From assembly GCA_045805065.1 (NCBI GenBank), contig JBJMMA010000060.1, forward strand, positions 15,462 through 79,461: a stretch of DNA of 64,000 nt, given 5' to 3'. Within the stretch, counting starts at the first letter, position 1; the number at the start of each line of letters is the position of its first letter. Below the pieces are notes generated by a model. It made no database searches and was not told where the DNA came from. It worked only from the letters and a program-made list of their open reading frames with translations. The translations under genes were made by a program, and so were the position numbers. This document shows positions 36,909-46,799 of this stretch, one piece after another. Source of the stretch: Bdellovibrionia bacterium. Its GTDB lineage: Bacteria > Bdellovibrionota > UBA1018.

Positions 36909-38351
36909 ATGGAGCTCACACTAAATAATCTTAAAAAAGTCCATATTGTCGGAGTCTGCGGAACTCTCATGGGAGCCTTCGCAGCGTTTCTGAAGCGTAG
37001 CGGGATCGAAGTTACGGGAAGCGATCAGAACGTTTATCCTCCGATGAGCGATGTGCTCCGTGATGCCGGCGTCGTTTTGTTCAACGGCTACAGCGCAGAG
37101 AACATCACGAAGATGGCCCAAAAGCCTGATCTTGTCGTGATCGGGAATGTTATTCAGAGCTCCAATCCTGAAGCGCGCGCGGCCATTGATGGAGGCTATC
37201 GCTATTCGTCTCTTCCTGAAGCGATGGAGCAGCTCATGCTTCCCAAGACGCGCAACCTGGTTGTTTCCGGAACTCACGGAAAGACAACCACCTCAAGTCT
37301 TCTTGCGCACACGTTGAACGTCGTTGGCAAGAAGCCCAGCTATTTTATCGGTGGCGTCTCGCACGACCTTCCTTTCAGTTTCAATGTGGGTAGCGTTGAG
37401 CCTGGAAGTCTTTTCGTTCTGGAAGGCGATGAGTACGATACCGCTTTCTGGGATAAGGTTCCGAAGTTCAATCACTACCTTCCGAACGATGTGATCCTGA
37501 CCTCGGTCGAGTATGATCACGCCGACATCTATCCTGACTTCCAGGCAGTCGTCCGCGCGTTTGAAGGCCTCATGACTCGTATCCGCGAAGGCGGAAGACT
37601 CATTGCCTGTTTTGATTATCCTGTCATCAAGGATCTCGCCAAGATGGCAAAGGTCCCGACCATTAGCTATGGCGCAAACGCAGCCACTGGAGCGCGTTTT
37701 ACGCCAGGTAAGATCACCGTGGATGGTGGCTGGACCCACTTTGAGATTCTTGAAAACGGAAAGAAAGTGGATGAGCTCACGCTCAATCTTCCTGGCACGC
37801 ACAATGTCCTGAATGCTTTGGCGGTCTGGATCGAGTGCCGTGAGCTTGGTATCCCTGCTGATGAGCTTCGTGCCGCGATGAAGTCGTTCCGAGGCGTCAA
37901 GCGCCGTCAGGAAGAGCGTGGAGAAGTGAAGGGCGTTCTGGTGATCGATGATTTCGCTCATCATCCGACGGCCGTGCGCGAAACGCTTCGCGCGCTTCGC
38001 AAAAAATATTCAGGCCGCAGGCTCGTTACCGTGTTCGAACCTCGAAGCGCGACCTCGCGGCGCAAGGTTTTCCAAAAAGACTATGCCGAGGCCTTCGGAG
38101 AGGCTGATGCGATACATATCGCGGTCCCTTATGACCAGACCCGGATCAAGCCAGAAGATCAATTCTCAAGTGATCAACTTGTTGCCGACCTCGTGAACGG
38201 CGGTAAACAGGCTTATCTCTTCAATTCTGTTGAGGAAGGTGTCTCTGAGATTGCTCAAAAGTCGCGCTCGGGCGACGTCGTGGCGGTGCTCTCGAACGGG
38301 GGATTTGGCGGATTTATCCCGAAGCTTCTCGATCTTCTCGCTAAGCGCTAA
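36909..38351 (+). CDS. mpl: UDP-N-acetylmuramate:L-Ala-gamma-D-Glu-meso-DAP ligase (murein peptide ligase Mpl)
   Basis: The N-terminus HIVGVCGTLMGAFAAFLKRSGIEVTGSD and the P-loop VVSGTHGKTTTSSLLAH match Mur-ligase family member Mpl. Confidence 0.75.
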   Translation: MELTLNNLKKVHIVGVCGTLMGAFAAFLKRSGIEVTGSDQNVYPPMSDVLRDAGVVLFNGYSAENITKMAQKPDLVVIGNVIQSSNPEARAAIDGGYRYSSLPEAMEQLMLPKTRNLVVSGTHGKTTTSSLLAHTLNVVGKKPSYFIGGVSHDLPFSFNVGSVEPGSLFVLEGDEYDTAFWDKVPKFNHYLPNDVILTSVEYDHADIYPDFQAVVRAFEGLMTRIREGGRLIACFDYPVIKDLAKMAKVPTISYGANAATGARFTPGKITVDGGWTHFEILENGKKVDELTLNLPGTHNVLNALAVWIECRELGIPADELRAAMKSFRGVKRRQEERGEVKGVLVIDDFAHHPTAVRETLRALRKKYSGRRLVTVFEPRSATSRRKVFQKDYAEAFGEADAIHIAVPYDQTRIKPEDQFSSDQLVADLVNGGKQAYLFNSVEEGVSEIAQKSRSGDVVAVLSNGGFGGFIPKLLDLLAKR

Positions 38352-38415
38352 GTCAGAAAAATGACGCTATAGTTTTAGTGATTTTGCGCCGATAATTTCA
38401 GGGCGAGGGAACTGC

Positions 38416-40443
38416 ATGGCCGACGGCCCGAAGAAATTTGGACGCTATTTTCTGCTAGATCTCCTAGCCCAAGGGGGCATGGCAGAGATCTATCGTGCGC
38501 GTCTTGCTTCGGCGGACGGCGCAGGACGCGTTATTGTCATCAAGAGAATTCAATCGGGACATGGAGCGGACCAGGAGTTCATCCAGATGTTCCGCTCTGA
38601 GATCAAAGTCACTATGGGATTCAATCATCCCAATATCGTGCAGCTTTATGATTTCGGCGAGGAAAACAGCCAGCCCTATATCGCCATGGAGTGGGTGGAT
38701 GGAAAAAACCTTCGCCAGCTCATGGCGCGCTTTCATGAGCTCAAACAAAGATTTCCGGTCGATCTTGCAGTCCAGATCATCGAACAAGCAGCGTGTGGCC
38801 TCAACTACGCGCATCACTTCAAAGATAAGATCACGGGCAATGCGCTGAACATCGTTCATCGGGATATCAGCCCGCAGAATCTCATCATCTCGTTTGAAGG
38901 CTCGGTTAAAGTCATCGACTTTGGTATCGCCAAGGCGAGCGTGAACTCCGAAGCAACTCGCGCAGGCGTCATCAAAGGAAAGCCAAGCTATCTTTCGCCT
39001 GAGCAGATCAACGGCGATGCGCTGGATGGCAGATCCGATATTTTCTCGCTGGGAACGGTACTTTGGGAGCTTCTGGCTGGTAAAAAGCTTTTCTCAGGCG
39101 ATAGCGACCTTGCGATTCTCAAGCAGATTGAGAGCTGCAATACGCACGTGAAGCCTCCATCCACCATCAATCCGGATGTTCCCCCTGAGCTGGATTACAT
39201 CGTTCTCAGGTCTCTCGCAAAACATCGGGACAAACGCTACCAAACGGCAGAAGAATTTCAGCGCGCTTTGCATAAGTTCCTTTACGCGCACACGCCGGAG
39301 TTCAATCCGTCCGATCTGGCGTATTATGCCAAGGATCTCTTCAAGAACGAGATCGTCGAGGACCGCAAGAAGATCCAGAAGCTCAACGATGAAGTTGAGC
39401 GCCTGATGAGCAGCATGATCGTAGCTGAAGCGCCATTGGCAATCGAAGGTTTTGGTTCAGCCATGAATCCATCTTCCTCCAAAGTGGAGAAGGAAGGTGA
39501 TTCGACCATGATTGCCACGAAGGCCAAGCCCGGTCTTAATATTTACGAGGCACCGTTGAACGGCGCGCCGATCGATGTGGTTCCGGACGACTCGATCGCA
39601 ATGACCAGCATTCGTCGTAATTCAACGCCGATGTCCAACGGCTCGTTTACCACGACAGTGAAGTCTCGCTCGGTTCAATTTGAGAAATCCAGGCAGATGC
39701 GCTCGTCGCCCAAGAAGAGTGGGGGAGGGTTTGCCGGCATTGCCGCTGCCCTGGCTCTTGTCGTGGGTGGCGCATTCTTCTTTGGAAAAGATTTGAAGCT
39801 TCCATTCATGGATGGCATCCAAGTCGTCAAGAGCACTCACACGGGTGAGCGCAATCCTGGAAGTTTGGGAAGTTTGGGAAGCTTGGGAAGTGTGGGAAGT
39901 GTGGGAAGTGCGGATGGAAGTCAGACGAGCGCGGACCCTGCGACCAAAGAAGCATCCAACCCGCATCGGGCTAAAGATATCGTCCTGAAATTGAATTTGA
40001 CTCCGGGTGGCGGCAGTCCTCTGATCAAGCTCAATGGACAATCCATTGATCCGGATAGAGCTGCGGTTCGCGTGCCGATGGATACGCTGCTTGAACTTTC
40101 GGTTGAACGAAGGGGTTATAAAGCGGTGAACCGCCAGTTCTTCATCGAGTCCTCAAAAGTAGGGGATCTGGGACAATGGAACATGGACGTGCAGCTTGAG
40201 CCTTCCGAGTTTGGAACGCTCTACATCAGCACCACTCCGAGCGCAGAAGCCATGATTCTTATGGATGGCAAGCCTTGGGTGAAGAACACGCCATTCGACA
40301 AAGAGATCATGCTGCCTGTTGGTACCTACCTGGTCCAAATGACCAATAAAGGGCTAGGAATGGGCAAGACGATCAAGGTCTCCATCGAGCGGAACAAGTC
40401 GCTTCGATTGGAAGACATTCACCTGGATGACCTCGAGAAGTAA
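38416..40443 (+). CDS. Hanks-type Ser/Thr protein kinase with a large C-terminal extracytoplasmic-like domain
   Basis: Kinase subdomains are readable: GGMAEIYRA, VIKRI (VAIK-like), HRDISPQNLII, DFGIAKA and GKPSYLSPEQ. There is a TM segment near residue 440 and a LGSLGSLGSVGSVGS repeat. Confidence 0.8.
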   Translation: MADGPKKFGRYFLLDLLAQGGMAEIYRARLASADGAGRVIVIKRIQSGHGADQEFIQMFRSEIKVTMGFNHPNIVQLYDFGEENSQPYIAMEWVDGKNLRQLMARFHELKQRFPVDLAVQIIEQAACGLNYAHHFKDKITGNALNIVHRDISPQNLIISFEGSVKVIDFGIAKASVNSEATRAGVIKGKPSYLSPEQINGDALDGRSDIFSLGTVLWELLAGKKLFSGDSDLAILKQIESCNTHVKPPSTINPDVPPELDYIVLRSLAKHRDKRYQTAEEFQRALHKFLYAHTPEFNPSDLAYYAKDLFKNEIVEDRKKIQKLNDEVERLMSSMIVAEAPLAIEGFGSAMNPSSSKVEKEGDSTMIATKAKPGLNIYEAPLNGAPIDVVPDDSIAMTSIRRNSTPMSNGSFTTTVKSRSVQFEKSRQMRSSPKKSGGGFAGIAAALALVVGGAFFFGKDLKLPFMDGIQVVKSTHTGERNPGSLGSLGSLGSVGSVGSADGSQTSADPATKEASNPHRAKDIVLKLNLTPGGGSPLIKLNGQSIDPDRAAVRVPMDTLLELSVERRGYKAVNRQFFIESSKVGDLGQWNMDVQLEPSEFGTLYISTTPSAEAMILMDGKPWVKNTPFDKEIMLPVGTYLVQMTNKGLGMGKTIKVSIERNKSLRLEDIHLDDLEK

Positions 40444-40472
40444 AACGGAGAAGTGATCCCGAGAAGCCAGTC

Positions 40473-41150
40473 TTACTTCTCGTATTTATAGCCCACGCCG
40501 TAGATCGAGATGATGTGCTTGGTGAGCGGCGGGATCTTTCGACGAAGCGCACGAATATGTACATCGATCGTGCGATCGTTGGTCTTTTGAGACTCATCAC
40601 GCCAGACATCTTTGAGGATTTCTTCGCGTGAAATCACTGTTCCTGCTTTGGCAGCGAGGAGCTTGAGAATATCAAATTCTGTCAGTGTCAGCTGCGCGCG
40701 TTTTCCGCTGAAGCTGACTTCGCGATTGGTTGGGTCGATTCTCAGATCTCCTACCTGAATAGGCTGAACGACAGTCTCAGTCGATTTGCGAAGACGAGCC
40801 TTGATGCGGGCCAGGAGTTCTTTGTAGTCAAAAGGCTTTGGAATGTAATCGTCCGCGCCAGTTCCCAGACCTTGGGTGATGTCAGGAATGCTGTTCTTGG
40901 CGGACAGAAAAATGATCGGGATATTGCGCGTGCGATCGTCTTTTTTGAGCAGGCTGCAAGCGTCATATCCGCTCAGGATAGGGAGCATGATGTCCAAGAG
41001 AATCAGATCAGGAGCGCGATTGCGCGCATACTCGATGCCGATCACGCCATTTTCCGCGGAAATGATTTCAAACTCGCGGCCCAGCATGGCCTCCAAAAAG
41101 CGACGAGTGTCCGCATTGTCTTCGATGACCAAGATTCTAGGTTTTTCCAT
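40473..41150 (-). CDS. OmpR/PhoB-family response regulator
   Basis: The receiver domain reads ILVIEDNAD...DLILLDIMLP. The C-terminal winged-helix domain reads LTLTEFDILKLL...YGVGYKY. Confidence 0.8.
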   Translation of the reverse strand: MEKPRILVIEDNADTRRFLEAMLGREFEIISAENGVIGIEYARNRAPDLILLDIMLPILSGYDACSLLKKDDRTRNIPIIFLSAKNSIPDITQGLGTGADDYIPKPFDYKELLARIKARLRKSTETVVQPIQVGDLRIDPTNREVSFSGKRAQLTLTEFDILKLLAAKAGTVISREEILKDVWRDESQKTNDRTIDVHIRALRRKIPPLTKHIISIYGVGYKYEK

Positions 41151-41232
41151 ACTGTTAAGAAAAGTATAGCACCAGGATTGTTAAGACGCCAAGTGGGCTA
41201 TCTTAAATTTGTTGAAGAATCAGAGAAGGGAA

Positions 41233-41925
41233 CTAGGCAGATTTTTTCCGAGGGGAGCTCTTTGAGGACTCCATGACAAACTTCTCGGTAATCTCCTCTT
41301 CCATGGCTCCCCAGGTTGGATGGGCTTGAAGGAAGACTTTCACAAGCTGCGTATCGAATTGTCGGCCGGAGAAGAGCTTTAGCTCTTTATAAGCCATCTC
41401 AACCGGCATCCCCTTGCGGTAGCTCCGGGTAGTCGTCATGGCGTCAAAGGTATCTGAAATCAGGATGATTCTTGCGTTGAGAGGAATCTGATCGCCTTTG
41501 ATCCCGTCGGGATAACCGATGCCGTCCACGCGCTCATGATGGTAGCGAATGCCAGGCAAGGTGGCGCTGAAAAAAGGGATATGAGCGAGAGGTTTGATGA
41601 TTTCCATGCTCTTGATCGGATGCTCGCGCATGATCTTCTCTTCTTCCTCATTCAGGCGTCCTTCCTTGAGAAGGATGCTGTCTGGGATTCCGATCTTTCC
41701 GATGTCATGGAACATGGCAGAGAACTCGACTACGCGTTGCTCAAACTCGTTGAGTCCTGCAGCCTGTGCAAGAAGGCGGGCATAACGGCCTACGCGACGG
41801 CAGTGACCGTAAGTATAAGGATCGCGTTCACGCAGCGCCTGCAGCAGGGCGTCCGTTATCGCTTTCCATTCTGGTAGGTCGTTTGATCCCATTCTTTGTG
41901 TCTCTCTGTGTACTTCATCGGACAT
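41233..41925 (-). CDS. HD-GYP domain c-di-GMP phosphodiesterase
   Basis: It carries HDIGKIGIP and HHERVDGIGYP, the HD...GYP signature. Confidence 0.75.
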   Translation of the reverse strand: MSDEVHRETQRMGSNDLPEWKAITDALLQALRERDPYTYGHCRRVGRYARLLAQAAGLNEFEQRVVEFSAMFHDIGKIGIPDSILLKEGRLNEEEEKIMREHPIKSMEIIKPLAHIPFFSATLPGIRYHHERVDGIGYPDGIKGDQIPLNARIILISDTFDAMTTTRSYRKGMPVEMAYKELKLFSGRQFDTQLVKVFLQAHPTWGAMEEEITEKFVMESSKSSPRKKSA

Positions 41926-42060
41926 TCGCGGGAGGGACTTGAGGAAAGGTTTGTCGTCAAAAGCGTGGCGCTCCTGTTGTCACTTTTTTCTACGATTCAG
42001 CGCGGGAGTGCCGATAAAGCTAACATGAGGTCTTATAGACACAGGGAGGTTAAGAGCGGC

Positions 42061-43185
42061 ATGGGATGGCTGCGCGGACTGAGAATCTCAGTCGGTATCG
42101 CGCTGCTTGCCGCATTGATCACCTTTGAAAGCGCTGAAGCTCGCGATGACGTGGTGCCTGGCTCACGTTACATGCCCGCGGCCGCGCAAGCGATGGGAGA
42201 TGCTTATCTTCCGGTCGCGGATGATCCTGCCTCAGCGCTTTTCTACAATCCTGCAGGACTTGGACTGATTCGTGGCGTGCATGCCGATCTGATGAATCTG
42301 CAGCTTTACGGCAACAGCAACTATTTCTCAGGAGTGGACCTGTCCCATACCGACTTCGTTAAGGTGACAAGTCTCAATTCGTATTCGGCGGCCCTTCAGC
42401 GCTCGCCCAATAATTGGCAAGGCGTAGGATACAGTCTTGTTCCCGCATTCTATGTGAAGGGGATTGCCTTTGGCCTGTTGATTCAGGAGCAGGTTCGCGC
42501 AAGGTACAATACCAGCGGAAGCAATCCGGCCATCGATTATAAGAGCAACTATCAGATCATTCCTGCCATGGGTGGCGCGCTCCGCCTGGCTGAAGGAATT
42601 GTTCGCATCGGTTACAGTCTTCAATGGGTCAATCAGGCTTCAGGCGAAGTCGATGGATCATCGCCGACAGGGAGCCTGGGTTACAATCAGGGACTTCAAA
42701 AGGGATCGGCGCTGTCTCACACTCTGGGGATTGCTTTGACGATGCCTTATCAGCACCTGCCTGAGTTGAATATCGTTGGACGCAATCTTTTCATGGCGCG
42801 CTTTTCTGGAGCGGCCATGATGCCCTTTGCGCAAAGTTCGAATGGAACGCCTGGAAATGAAGGAACGTCGTTTGACGTTTCATTGAGCTGGATCGAAAAA
42901 ATCGGTGCAGGCTCCGAGTTTACCTGGGTGATTGAAGATCGCGATGCCGTGAACTCATCACACATCTCGGTATTGGGGCGTCTTGCCATAGGTCTTGAGT
43001 TTAACTTTCGGCATGTATTTTTTCTGCGGGGTGGATGGGGAAGCGGATACCCTAATGTAGGTCTTGGCCTGCGCAGAAAGAAAAGCGAGCTGTCTTTAAC
43101 CTGGTCGAACGCCGAGATTGGCACTGGCTATCACGACGTTCAGGATACGCGTTACATTTTGCAGTACCAAGTCAGAGCCTTCTGA
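42061..43185 (+). CDS. secreted hypothetical protein, possibly an outer-membrane beta-barrel
   Basis: Signal peptide MGWLRGLRISVGIALLAALITFESAEA. Alternating hydrophobic patterns run through the protein, and a C-terminal aromatic residue (F) is terminal. The track ORF opens at 41896. Confidence 0.5.
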   Translation: MGWLRGLRISVGIALLAALITFESAEARDDVVPGSRYMPAAAQAMGDAYLPVADDPASALFYNPAGLGLIRGVHADLMNLQLYGNSNYFSGVDLSHTDFVKVTSLNSYSAALQRSPNNWQGVGYSLVPAFYVKGIAFGLLIQEQVRARYNTSGSNPAIDYKSNYQIIPAMGGALRLAEGIVRIGYSLQWVNQASGEVDGSSPTGSLGYNQGLQKGSALSHTLGIALTMPYQHLPELNIVGRNLFMARFSGAAMMPFAQSSNGTPGNEGTSFDVSLSWIEKIGAGSEFTWVIEDRDAVNSSHISVLGRLAIGLEFNFRHVFFLRGGWGSGYPNVGLGLRRKKSELSLTWSNAEIGTGYHDVQDTRYILQYQVRAF

Positions 43186-43199
43186 GGAAAACACTTCCC

Positions 43200-44375
43200 A
43201 TGAGTACAATGAGTCTGCATGTCACTATCGTTGCCGCTGATGCCTCAGCCGAGATCAAATGGGTTCATCATCTGAAATCCGTTTCTCAGGATCTGTCTGA
43301 AGCCAAGTTCGGGCTCGCTTCTCAGGAGCAGAATCCCTCAAACTTTGGTCAGGTCATTTTTGTCGATGGCCTCACGCCGAACTTGGAAACGGTTTTGGAA
43401 AGACTGGATCGTTCTGGACGCGCGGTGTTCCTGATCGCAAGTGATTCTTCTTCAAACGTTGGTCATGCCACGATATGGTCTGATCTGATTTCAGCTGGAA
43501 AAGTGGATGATGCCCTCATCTATCCTTTTCGCGCGCTAGAGGTTCAAAGCAAGCTCAGGCACTATCAGCAAATTTTAATGTGGGAAGAAGTCTCGCGCCT
43601 CAATGCCTCGTTTTCAGGACTGATTGAGAGACTTCAGGAAGATCTTCGCCTTGCTGAAAGACTTCAGAAGTCCAAATCGCCGATTCGTTTCCCTGAGGTC
43701 AAAGGCTTTCAAGTGACTAGTCGCTATCTGGCCGGAATGAGATCGGGCGGAGATCATCTGGATCTCGCTGAGTCCAAAAGCGGGAATCAGCTTTCGGTCG
43801 TTCTTGCAGACTCGTCGAGCTATGGTCTTTCCAGCTCGCTTCTTTCTGTTCTGATGCGTGTTGCAATGAAGCTCAGTCAGGAAGAGGTGAGGTCTTGCGA
43901 GGATACGGTTCGCCGCATTCATGAAGAGCTTTTGCTGACTCTGAACGATAAGGACAAGCTTTCGCTTTTTTACGGGATCATTTCGAGAAAAGATTATTGC
44001 TTGCGCTATGTGAACCTTGGCACATCGACTGCGTTCTATGCGCAGCCTGGACAAAACTTCAGAGCACTTCCCTCACAGGGCGAACAAATCATGCGCTCTT
44101 CCTCAGGCCTTCCTAAGCAGGAGTTTCAGGCAGAGCTACCACTGGAACCGCAGGGTAGACTTGCGCTCATTTCGGATGGGTTTCTGGAAGTCATGGGGGG
44201 CGAGGCTCAGGTGCTCAAAGCCCTGAATCAATATCGTGATGCTGAGTCAGCTGACTTTTTGAATGAGCTCGTTTTTCAGCTCAAATCCAATTTCAATGAA
44301 CCAGACGATATGCCTGCGCAGGATTGCACGGCGGTGCTTTTAGACGTCGATTCGCGGATTCTCAGAAAGATTTGA
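43200..44375 (+). CDS. PP2C-family (SpoIIE/RsbU-like) protein phosphatase with an N-terminal degenerate receiver-like domain
   Basis: The PPM motifs are GGDHLDL, LADSSSYGLSSS and LISDGF. Confidence 0.7.
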   Translation: MSTMSLHVTIVAADASAEIKWVHHLKSVSQDLSEAKFGLASQEQNPSNFGQVIFVDGLTPNLETVLERLDRSGRAVFLIASDSSSNVGHATIWSDLISAGKVDDALIYPFRALEVQSKLRHYQQILMWEEVSRLNASFSGLIERLQEDLRLAERLQKSKSPIRFPEVKGFQVTSRYLAGMRSGGDHLDLAESKSGNQLSVVLADSSSYGLSSSLLSVLMRVAMKLSQEEVRSCEDTVRRIHEELLLTLNDKDKLSLFYGIISRKDYCLRYVNLGTSTAFYAQPGQNFRALPSQGEQIMRSSSGLPKQEFQAELPLEPQGRLALISDGFLEVMGGEAQVLKALNQYRDAESADFLNELVFQLKSNFNEPDDMPAQDCTAVLLDVDSRILRKI

Positions 44376-44483
44376 GAAATTAAGCGAGCGCAAGGCGCGA
44401 ATTGGACGATGGACGAAGCATGCGCTTCAAAATCTCTTTAAGTTTTCGCATGCTGAAATTACTAAACGATCAAAGTCAGGAAA

Positions 44484-45320
44484 TCAACCAAAAACGATCG
44501 TCCTTTTGCCGTGCACAACTACTCTATCCTCCAAGATCAGCTGTAGAGCACGGGCTAATACGACGCGTTCGACATCACGTCCTGACCTAGCAAGCTCCAA
44601 CGCGCTTTGTGTATGACTCACAGGCAAGACGGATTGCGTAATAATGGGCCCTTCATCGAGCTGATCATTTACAAGGTGCGCTGTGGCCCCAATGATTTTC
44701 ACACCGCGATCATAGGCCTGTTGATAAGGGTTTCTGCCAATAAAGGCCGGCAAAAAAGAGTGGTGGATATTGAGAATCCGATTCTCAAATCGCTCCACAA
44801 AGGCCTTCGTCAGGACACGCATATATTTAGCGAGGACCAGGTAATCCGGATTATAGCTTCGGACCACTTTGAGAATCTCTGCCTCATGTCGCTCGCGGGT
44901 GAAATCCTCCGCGGGCACATGATGAAAGGGAATCTTAAAGCGCTCAGTGAGCTCTTTGAGGTCCGGGTGATTAGCGACAACGCCCAGGATGCGCGCTGGA
45001 AGCTCTCCTGATGCATGTCTTAAGAGAAGGTCTCCTAAGCAATGAGGCTCCTTCGTTGCAAATACCAGAAGCCTGCGGGGGGTCTGCTCATGCAAATCGA
45101 GAAGGTGAATGTTCGGGAGTGACTCGCGAAGTTCGTTTTCGATCTCATAAAGATCGACATCCCCTGTGAACGCGGTGCGAACAAAGAACATCCCGTTCTG
45201 GTGATCGACGAACTCGCCGTTCTCCGTAACGTTTAAATCGCGGCGATAGATCGCGCCTGTGATTTTATGAAGGAGTCCCTTTTGATCACCGCAGCAAATG
45301 CGCAGCACATAGTTTTTCAT
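44484..45320 (-). CDS. purU: formyltetrahydrofolate deformylase
   Basis: The N-terminal ACT domain reads MKNYVLRICCGDQKGLLHKITGAI. The formyltransferase core reads NIHHSFLPAF...GATAHLV. ATG at 45320; the track ORF is extended by 9 codons. Confidence 0.85.
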   Translation of the reverse strand: MKNYVLRICCGDQKGLLHKITGAIYRRDLNVTENGEFVDHQNGMFFVRTAFTGDVDLYEIENELRESLPNIHLLDLHEQTPRRLLVFATKEPHCLGDLLLRHASGELPARILGVVANHPDLKELTERFKIPFHHVPAEDFTRERHEAEILKVVRSYNPDYLVLAKYMRVLTKAFVERFENRILNIHHSFLPAFIGRNPYQQAYDRGVKIIGATAHLVNDQLDEGPIITQSVLPVSHTQSALELARSGRDVERVVLARALQLILEDRVVVHGKRTIVFG

Positions 45321-45360
45321 GACACGCGCCCCCGGCCTTCGGGACAAGCATTTGGCGTGC

Positions 45361-46749
45361 CTAAAAACTTGCCGGGTGTCGTCCTAATCTTCCTGCCGGT
45401 ACGTTCCAAGCTCCTTGCAAGCCTTGAATGCGTCCGGGGTTCCTCACCCGATGGAGTGTTCCCCATTCAGTTTGGGTTGGGATTAAGGTGCTGCTGAAGT
45501 CTGCCATCGTTCCATTTGGATCGCCCGCGCGATATTCTGAACGCAGAAAATTTGATGCACCAACGAGTGAGGCTCTGACTAACTGATTTTCTCCGCATGT
45601 CCAAAGCCCGTGGAGGGCACGGCAGATCCCTGCAGCCAGAGCATATCCAGCTCCATGATCAAGCGCCTGTGCCGGAAGAGGATGGGGTTTTGAAGTCGCC
45701 AATTCTTTCATTCCACGGGCAGCGATACCGGTTTTCATCTGCATCAGGCTATCAAAGCCGCGTTGATTTTTAAGAGGGCCACTCCATCCATACGCGTTCA
45801 GTTGGGCGAGCACGAGATTAGGATTCAAGCTGTAAAGATGATCAGGAGTCAAGTTGAAGCGATCCAGTGCATCGGGTCGATATCCAATGACTAACACGTG
45901 CGCCAGACGTACCAGCTCCTCAAACTTTTGAAGGTCTTGTTGCTCATGGAGAGAAAGCGAGGCGCAGTGTTTTCCTGCGGTAACATCTGGAAGAAGGGCG
46001 GGAACCTCCTGAAAGCCTGGAGGATCGATTCGAAGGACATTTGCACCCCATGCCGCTAGAAATCGAGTGCATTCAGGACCGGCAATCACTCGGGTCAGAT
46101 CCAAGACCCGAACGCCAGAGAGGGGGGCTTCATTCTGCTTCCACGGAGGCGCGATCGCGCGGGTCGTATGCCGCAAGCTCAGTGCGACGATCGGTTCAGA
46201 GAGCGTCGTGGATCCCTCCTGATCCTTGGACCACTCGTCTTCAGTGAGCATTCGGGCCGCGCAGCCTCCTTGTGCCATAATCGTTTTTTCCAGCTCAGCT
46301 GCATTCCATCTTGAAACTGCTTGAGTCACTTGAGCGCGATCAGCGCTTGAAAGCCCTAGTGCAGAAAGAGCGGCATCTCGATGATTTTCATAGTTGGTGT
46401 GGATGCGAATCCATCCATCCTGGGCGCAGTAATCGCCCGCAATGGGATCCCATGGAGGAGGAATTTCCCAACTTACAGGCCGCATGAGCGCCTCCGTGCG
46501 GAAGGCAGCGGATGCTTCCAATCCATCGATTTCGATTTCAGGCAATCGCGCATCGCCTCTCCGCAGCGCAAGTAGCTCTCCTACCGCAAGATGGGCCGCT
46601 GCAATCGTGGATGTTGCCATGCCTGATACATCGTATACAGACGGAAGGTAATGACCTGAATGCGAAATTCGTACGCCGTGGATGCGTTTTGGGTCACTGC
46701 CAAGGCTCTTCCAAAGGGTCATGAGGCCACGACCCTGATCTAACAGCAT
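45361..46749 (-). CDS. family III CoA-transferase (CaiB/BaiF family), apparently with the small domain moved to the N-terminus
   Basis: The canonical N-terminal motif PLSGVRVLDLTRVIAGPECTRFLAAWGANVLRIDPP occurs at residue ~206. A block resembling the CaiB small domain (YCAQDGWIRIHTNYENHRDAALSALGL) lies N-terminal to it. The start is chosen at the ATG with GGGAGA 5 nt upstream (46749), and the track ORF reaches 46836. Confidence 0.6.
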   Translation of the reverse strand: MLLDQGRGLMTLWKSLGSDPKRIHGVRISHSGHYLPSVYDVSGMATSTIAAAHLAVGELLALRRGDARLPEIEIDGLEASAAFRTEALMRPVSWEIPPPWDPIAGDYCAQDGWIRIHTNYENHRDAALSALGLSSADRAQVTQAVSRWNAAELEKTIMAQGGCAARMLTEDEWSKDQEGSTTLSEPIVALSLRHTTRAIAPPWKQNEAPLSGVRVLDLTRVIAGPECTRFLAAWGANVLRIDPPGFQEVPALLPDVTAGKHCASLSLHEQQDLQKFEELVRLAHVLVIGYRPDALDRFNLTPDHLYSLNPNLVLAQLNAYGWSGPLKNQRGFDSLMQMKTGIAARGMKELATSKPHPLPAQALDHGAGYALAAGICRALHGLWTCGENQLVRASLVGASNFLRSEYRAGDPNGTMADFSSTLIPTQTEWGTLHRVRNPGRIQGLQGAWNVPAGRLGRHPASF

Positions 46750-46799
46750 CTGTTTCTCCCATGTTGGTTTAGGCCGAACGATCATGCTAGGTTTAAGGC

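Noticed and set aside
45321-45500. Possible ZTP (pfl) riboswitch in front of purU
   Set aside because: A weak ACCGGCAGGAAG resemblance to the pfl motif was seen on the minus strand. However, the upstream CoA-transferase ORF on the same strand ends at 45361, leaving only 40 nt of intergenic space, and no CCGCCUGGGC 3' pseudoknot partner is present. purU is most likely co-transcribed with the upstream gene.
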